DNA of 58,129 nt, filler included, from Dugesia japonica (Eukaryota), in assembly GCA_001938525.1 (NCBI GenBank). It is 6 parts of 6 records of this genome, joined end to end, with 100 filler letters (N's around TTAATTAATTAA, not from the genome) between each part and the next. Parts side by side here need not be neighbours in the genome. Positions count along the whole stretch, not along the records: positions 47,955 to 58,129 come from MQRL01602297.1; 5 more parts are not named here. The stretch is one strand, 5' to 3'. The number at the start of each line of letters is the position of its first letter. Position 1 is the stretch's first letter. The notes below the pieces were generated by a model that was not told the origin of the DNA, ran no database searches, and was given only the letters and a program-made list of their open reading frames with translations. This document shows positions 51,171 to 58,129 of this stretch, piece by piece. The position numbers were made by a program, and so were the translations under genes.

Positions 51171-51987
51171 TAGAAATAATACAAAATTAGATAAAGATAT
51201 ACGATGTGTTAATGTGAGTTTAAAGGTTTGTAAAAAGAAAGAATAAGCAAGAGAGATAAGTATAAATGTTAAGAATAGAACCACATAAATTGTCACTAGG
51301 TATGTGTGAACAACTAGATTTAACAAAACAAAGACCATTTAACCAGGAAAAGACAGAAGTCAGCAACAGAAAAATAGTTAAAACCACCACGGATCAAGAG
51401 AAAAAATGTAAAGAAAGGAAAATATATAGTGCGNNNNNNNNNNNNNNNNNNNNNNNNNNNNNNNNNNNNNNNNNNNNNNNNNNNNNNNNNNNNNNNNNNN
51501 NNNNNNNNNNNNNNNNNNNNNNNNNNNNNNNNNNNNNNNNNNNNNNNNNNNNNNNNNNNNNNNNNNNNNNNNNNNNNNNNNNNNNNNNNNNNNNTCGAAT
51601 GATGTTTTAGTTGTTGGAGAAGAGATAACAAAGCAGCAAATTGCCCCATAAAGTATAAACAATTATAATGGTAAAAACAAAATAGAGATTTAGAGAAAAT
51701 TGGAAACGCAACGATAAATCTACCGAAATAAAACTTGCGCTGACAGCAAATCTCACAATTCAGAGAATCCTTAGTGGAATTAAAATTAACCAAGTGACCA
51801 ATAGAAGGAAAAACAAGCATCAGAAAAGACGATGTTTAAAGTATAAAGATTGAGTAAAAAATTGACAATTAAAACTAACATTTAGCAGTTATAGAAACAC
51901 ATGATGGAAGATTCAGTCTCTCATTAATGATACGTAAGTATAATGATAATCCCGATGTGAAGCTTTTTTTTGCTTTCCTAATTTTTT

Positions 51988-52240
51988 TTTTCGATTTTCT
52001 ATAAAATTTTCGAATGCATCATTTTCTATAAATTATGAAAAATGATAAATTTTCGATTTTCTATAAAAATTTCGAATGCATCATTTTCTATAAATTATGA
52101 AAAATCGAGAATATAAAATTCGACATGGGTAAATTTTCGATTTTCTATAAAAATTTCGCATGGATCATTTTCTATAAATTATGAAAAATGATAAATTTTC
52201 GATTTTCTATAAAAATTTAGAAATCGAGAAATTTTCGTAA
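51988..52240. repeat. Subterminal ~62-nt tandem repeats with internal palindromes
   Basis: TTTCGATTTTCTATAAAA x4; ATCATTTTCTATAAATTATGAAAAAT x3. Confidence 0.85.
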
Positions 52241-52348
52241 AAAAAATTCCTCTTTAAGAGGATACCCTCACTTTTTTATTTTTTTTTCATGGCTTTAAAA
52301 AAAGTCTTAAAAAATTTTATAAATATGATTAAAATTTTTATTTAATAA

Positions 52349-55300
52349 ATGGAAGCAGTAAGATATCAATGTAACATTTGTAATAAAATATTTCAACGAC
52401 AATCGGGTCTTTCGACTCATAGAAAAAATTGTGGTAAAAGACATTTTAGATACAAGTGTGTAAGATGTAAGGATAGATTTAGAACACAAGCCGAACATGA
52501 TCATCATGTAAGTTTAAATGTTTGTGTGAATTTATATTGTTACATTTGTAAAGAAAAGTTTGCTAATCAGGAAAAAGCGAAAAGACATTATCAAAAACCA
52601 ATACATCGAGTAATTGAAGAGGATTATGCATATGATCANTTTACTCAAGAACCATCAAACACATTAATAGATGACGTATTTACAGGTCCTGAATATGAAG
52701 ATTTTTCAATTCGATATTTTGATGATTCTGGAATTGAATTAATAAGATTTGTTAATGATAAAGTTTTAAAAAGTAAAGAATCTTATTATCAAGATGAAAT
52801 TGAAAAAATTATTACAAAATATATTACATTTGGAAAAAGAATTCATGTTGATATTACAGTGGAGGCAAAATATTCAAAAACTTCAAACGGAACTACAGAT
52901 GAAACTTCAAATGAAAACTCTATTTCAGAAATAAATTATAGATCTAATACATGTAATAAAAGAATAACAGTAAAAGAAAAAATTCCTGAAATCACCGGAA
53001 TATTAATAAGAGATTTAGTAACAGAAATTAATGGTGATAAAAGTGAAAGTGATTGGAATTTAGATCATATAGTTTATTATAGAATAAGATTAGGTATTTA
53101 TAAATCAAAGGCGGGTGGAACATATAAAAAATTACCATTCAGTAAAAAAGGAATTATTAATATTGAAAACATGGATAATAAATGTTTTCTTTATTCAATT
53201 TTAGCACACAAGTATAATTATTAACACCCAACACGAGTAAGCCTCTATAAGAAACATTTAAATGAATTTAATTTAACAGGCGTAACTTTTCAAGTGACAG
53301 CTGAAGGTATAAAAACATTTGAAAAAAATAATGATTGGCAAATTAATGTTTTTGAGATTGAAGATAAAAATAAAGTTCCTGAATCAACTCACATTTCTCA
53401 TTTTCTTTGTAATCTACCACATAATGAAAAGAAATGTAATTTATTACTTTATAAAAATCATTATGTCCTATGTAAAAATTTAAATACACTTATTAGTTAT
53501 CATGGNNNNNNNNNNNNNNNNNNNNNNNNNNNNNNNNNNNNNNNNNNNNNNNNNNCATTATGTCCTATGTAAAAATTTAAATACACTTATTAGTTATCAT
53601 GGAAGTGAAAAATACATGTGTGTAAATTGAATGAATGCATATTCCACAGAAGAAAAAGTTGATAGACATCAAGAAGAGTGTGTTCATCAAAAACCAACAA
53701 AAATTAAATTTGAAAAAAAAGAATTTCATGAATTTTCTGATTTTAATTTTATGATAAAAATCCATTTGCAATATATGCGGATTTTGAGGCATACACTAAC
53801 ACAATTGATAATAAACATAAACCAATTTCACTTGGTATTTATCTTGTAAGTAATCAAGAGGATTTAATAAAAACAAATTATACTGTTTTAACAGGTGAAA
53901 ATGTGATAAATGATTTTTTAAAATACTTGGAAAATTTAAATGAAAAAGTGGAGGAGATTCTTGAAACCAATTTTATTAACCCACAACCAAGAATTTTAAA
54001 TGATGATAAATGTTTTTACTGTAAGAAAAAAATTGAAGATCACATAGAAGAAGTTTACAACTTTTTCAGTGGAGAATTTATTGGAGGAGCTCACGAAAAT
54101 TGTAATAAGAAATATAAAAAANTTAAGAAAATTTCTTTGTACCATTTTACTTTCATAACGCTTCTGGTTATAACAATCATTTATTTTTTTGTGAACTTAT
54201 AGAAAAACACCAAGATAATATAACAGGAATTATACCACACACTAATGAAGAATATATTTCTTTTTCATTTAAAAATATTAGGTTTTTAGATTCTTACAGG
54301 ATGTGTAGCCCAGGCACATCAGTAGAAAAAATGGGCATAGTTTTAAATAAAAATAATAAATACCCTCATTTAAAATCATTTAATTTAAAAGCAAAGAAAT
54401 TGCATTTCCTTATGAATATTTAAAAGGAAATAATGCGGAAGAAGTTGAGCAATTATTTAAAAGTAATAAAATACCCACAATGGAAGATTTCTTCACTACG
54501 TTAAGACAGAAAAAAAATAACTTTTAAAGAATATAAAGAATTTTTAAAAGAGATTTTAAAGTAGAAAATATGTGGGAACACATGCTTCTTTATTTAAAAC
54601 TTGATTTTTTAATTCTTACAGATTTCATGGAAAATCTTCGAGAAATTTCTATGGAATATTATGAGATTGATTCATGCTTTTGCTACTCAGCTCCAGGACT
54701 TACTTGGGTAGCAGGAATTAAATTTACTGGAGTTAAACTAAGATATCCAAAACAAGAAAGTTATGAATATTGTTTAAAAATCAACGAGCAGGTCGTGGCG
54801 GTGTTTCTGCAGTTACAGGCGAAAGACAAGTTTTTCCATTATATAAAAATATCCCAGAAANGAAATTTACAAAAGCACAAAAAGAAGTAATAAAAAAATG
54901 TTTAGAGCGAGGAGAAGAAATTCCAGATGAATTTTTTAAAGAAACATTTTTAAAATATTTAGATCAAAAATCTTAATATGCATGTATGACAAAACCTCTT
55001 CCTATGGGTGATTACGTCGAATGTAAAGATTTAACATATGAAAAAACAACAGAAGAGTATAATTTCATGTATGAAGTGGATTTAAAGTATCTTCCTGAAA
55101 TTCATGAAAATCTAGGTATTATCCTTTTGGACCAGAGGTTAAATACACGAAAAAATATGGAAGCACCATATCAAGCTAATTTAAATAAAAAATTTCCAAA
55201 AGATAATACAAAATTAGTACTTACTCAATTTGATTAGTTTAATTACTATATTCTAGGAAGTACTTTAGACTTATATTTAGAACAAGGTATGAAATTGAAA

Positions 55301-56314
55301 AATATTTGTTATAAAGCAAAAGTTCCAACATCTCGATGGTTAAAACCATATATTCTTTTTAACATTGAAAAGAGAAATGAGGCAAAAAGAAATGGAGATG
55401 ATTTTGCATCTGATTTTTTCAAGTTTTTAAATAATGCCTTTTATGGAAAATGTCTTGAAGATGTTTTTAAAAGACAGTCTATAGTATTTGTTACAAATNN
55501 NNNNNNNNNNNNNNNNNNNNNNNNNNNNNNNNNNNNNNNNNNNNNNNNTTATGGAAAATGTCTTGAAGATGTTTTTAAAAGACAGTCTATAGTATTTGTT
55601 ACAAATAATAAAGAGTTTCAAAAGGAATCTGCAAAATAATCATTTAGAGATTTTAAAATATTTACAAGACATTTAGCAGCAATGCACATGCAAAAAAGCA
55701 ATGTAAAATATAATAAATTTCTAATGATTGGTTTCGTTATTTTAGAATATGCGAAAGAGATTATGTATAATTTTATATATGTTCAAATGCAACCATTAAT
55801 TGGAACAGAAAATTATAAAATTCAATACACAGACACCGATTCTCTATTTGTTGAAATAAGGGGGCAAGAAAATTTGGACAAGTTATCAACACTTTTTTGC
55901 GCCAGCACCTTTCAAATGAAAGACGAACTGCCAAATGGTGAAATTACACAGGCAGATTTTATAAGGGCAAAATGTTATGATTTTAATTATATTGTAAATC
56001 ATTTAATTGAGTATTACAAAAGACACAAGGGCGCATCAAAAACCAATGATGTAAAAATGGTGGATTATGATAAAATTTTAGAAGATGCGCAACAAGGGAT
56101 TTCAGGAATAAATTATAGTTTAAAATCGAATTAATTAAATCTAGTTAAAATAGAATTAATTTCTCAAGCAAAAATATTAATGACTGCTTATGATGATAAA
56201 GTTTTAATTGAATTAAACGGAATTATAACTTGGCCACAAGGAAATCGATTTTGGTGTGAAAGATGTGAAGCATGGCATTTTAGATTAGATCTTTTATGGG
56301 ATAGATTAGACTGA
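52349..56314 (+). pseudogene. polB: Protein-primed family B DNA polymerase with N-terminal zinc fingers
   Basis: IINIENMDNKCFLYSILA; ExoI YADFE; ExoII FHNASGYN; FLDSY; SAPGLTW; RGGVS; YLD..LY region; K.LNNAFYGK; YTDTDS; MKDE; YDDK. Several stops and frameshifts. Confidence 0.95.
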
Positions 56315-56918
56315 TAATTTTTTTAAATCAAACTTTGGATTTTCAATTTTAGATTTTAGAATTATTTCATGAAATTCTCGAATCATAGATTTACTTGTAG
56401 AAATTTCTTCATCTGTTAAAATGTTATCATTCAAGGCCTTTTGTTGCAATATAAAAAGTTTATTTTTAACTGCCTCTAATTTTACAATAAGATTACTATA
56501 CTTCTTTTTCTTCTTTTGAATNNNNNNNNNNNNNNNNNNNNNNNNNNNNNNNNNNNNNNNNNNNNNNNNNNAAGGAAGAATTCAGTGCACCAGTAATTGG
56601 AATTGAAGATCCTATTCCAGTTATTATGGGAATACCAATTGTAGTTGCAAAAATTCCAATAGGAGTTGCAAAAATTACACCAACAATGGCCACGCCGGTT
56701 CCAATTATAATTTGAGCAACTTTTATTCCNNNNNNNNNNNNNNNNNNNNNNNNNNNNNATTTTCGATAATGTTTTATTTTATCATTTATGAAATATAAGT
56801 CATTTTCGAAATCTTTAATTCTTAAGGATGACAATTTACTTTTTAAGTCTTCAAGTGTATAAGAATTTATTTCTTGCTGATAATTTTTTAAATCCTGATA
56901 TAATATTTCGTCTGCCAT
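56306..56918 (-). CDS. GasderminX-like membrane protein of adintovirus/Polinton type
   Basis: Coiled N-terminus and Gly-rich double hydrophobic segment. Across the N gap: KKKKYSNLIVKLEAVKNKL...KALNDNILTDEE, open to a stop overlapping the polB stop. Confidence 0.6.
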
Positions 56919-57044
56919 TTTCTTTAGGAAAATTTTTCATAGTTCTTCTAATATTTTTTTTCTATCTGCTTCAAGACAAGCATGAAGAATAACAAGGTTG
57001 TTAATATAAATATTAGCTGGTAAAATTAAATGAAATTTATATAT

Positions 57045-58112
57045 CTATAAACTTAATAAATAATTCTTTGTAACTTCTAAGTTTTTATCTGTTAAAATAT
57101 CTTTATCGAGTTCTACATTATGATTTCTACCAGATTTAAGAGTTAAGGTGTTTATTTCTAATTTAAATTTCCCCGGTTTAAAAGTAAAATCTATAATCTC
57201 ATCAGAACCAGAAAGATTAAGAATAATACTAATTTTAGGTATTTTAGTATATCCACAAATAAAAATACATATTGGACCACGAGCGGGTGTCATACCATTA
57301 AAATAAAGTTTTAAAGAACCCGTAAGAAAAAAATATAATATTTTTTCACCAGAATATTCCCAAAAACCATTTATTATTACTTTTTCTAATTTTGCATAAA
57401 AATTTTTCAATAGTATAATATAGAAATCTATTTTCATTTTTACGAAAAAAAACATTTTAAAAAACAGATATTTTTCTAACTTAACATAATTCCATAGTAA
57501 ATAATTATTAAGTAATTCTTTTATTTTTTCTAGNGTCTCTAGAGATTTAGATGTTTTATATATTTCAAAATTTTCATTAATTTTATTTTTATGTTTTTCA
57601 GTACGAATATTTTTTATTTTATTAAATTCTAGTACTAAAGGAAATGAAGGATTGTTTTGTTTAAAAATATTAATTTCATTTTTTAATTTTTCTACATCAT
57701 CTTTTAGTTTAGGAGTAATTTCAATATCATCTTTTTTTATAATTTGTTTTTTCAAATTTTCTACATCATCTTTTATTTGGAAGAAAAACTTGAAAATAAA
57801 TTTTTTGAGAAATTTATAATTTATTGGATCATCTTCATCTTTTGGGTCATCAGAAATTTTTATTTTTTTAATATTTTTTAATTTATTTTCTAGGAATTTT
57901 AAATTTTCTACATTATTAATTTTTAAAAATTTTAAATTTACTGCATCCAGNTCATCTTTAGGCGGGTCGAAAATTTTAAGAAATTTAACAGAATCTCCAG
58001 TTTTATTTACAAATTTTTTTTCATTGCTTGCATCTTGAATTCTTAATTTTGCATCAGCATTAATAATTTTTTTCTCATTCCTCGCCTGTGATCGGCGTCC
58101 ATATGCATTCAT
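57045..58112 (-). CDS. Putative fibre/spike-like protein
   Basis: Two KI..P.D..DAVN/DPIN motifs (adhesin/tail-fibre neck-like), coiled-coil repeat KDDVE.LK, beta-rich C-terminus. Confidence 0.5.
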   Translation of the reverse strand: MNAYGRRSQARNEKKIINADAKLRIQDASNEKKFVNKTGDSVKFLKIFDPPKDXLDAVNLKFLKINNVENLKFLENKLKNIKKIKISDDPKDEDDPINYKFLKKFIFKFFFQIKDDVENLKKQIIKKDDIEITPKLKDDVEKLKNEINIFKQNNPSFPLVLEFNKIKNIRTEKHKNKINENFEIYKTSKSLEXLEKIKELLNNYLLWNYVKLEKYLFFKMFFFVKMKIDFYIILLKNFYAKLEKVIINGFWEYSGEKILYFFLTGSLKLYFNGMTPARGPICIFICGYTKIPKISIILNLSGSDEIIDFTFKPGKFKLEINTLTLKSGRNHNVELDKDILTDKNLEVTKNYLLSL

Positions 58113-58129
58113 TTATTTCAGAAATAATT

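Larger units (their letters stand above)
51937..58129. mobile_element. Polinton/adintovirus-like element, left part (family distinct from 1-11715)
   Basis: Repeat-rich end, pPolB, then convergent gasderminX-like and fibre-like ORFs. The left boundary is approximate. Confidence 0.85.

Noticed and set aside
53459-53602. Direct repeats flanking N gaps in polB (also 55441-55606)
   Set aside because: Exact duplicates on both sides of a gap are unmerged contig overlaps.
1-58129. Species identification
   Set aside because: Very low GC and 40-60 nt introns suggest a compact invertebrate genome, but nothing here is diagnostic.

Overview
Very AT-rich eukaryotic (probably invertebrate) DNA with short GT-AG introns. 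It is not one continuous locus: five 100-nt N44-TTAATTAATTAA-N44 linkers join six unrelated contigs. Most of the window is decayed mobile DNA. The main object is a ~11.7 kb Polinton/Maverick-like endogenous virus (1-11715) with ~1 kb terminal inverted repeats. It carries a packaging ATPase, a chromodomain integrase, minor and major capsid genes and two core-type genes, plus an open TATA-binding-protein (TBP) homolog and several small intron-containing genes with TATA+initiator promoters. No DNA polymerase or protease gene is recognisable between its TIRs. Two more partial copies of this family are at 12332-13060 and 24985-28720. A different Polinton/adintovirus-like element (51937 to end) encodes a zinc-finger-fused protein-primed DNA polymerase B, a gasderminX-like membrane protein and a fibre-like protein. 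The rest is Ty3/gypsy, mariner, IS630/Tc1 and hAT remnants, MITEs and simple repeats. Only two host gene starts are convincing: MGAT1 and a secreted CUB-domain protein. All family assignments come from motifs recognised by eye, not from database searches.
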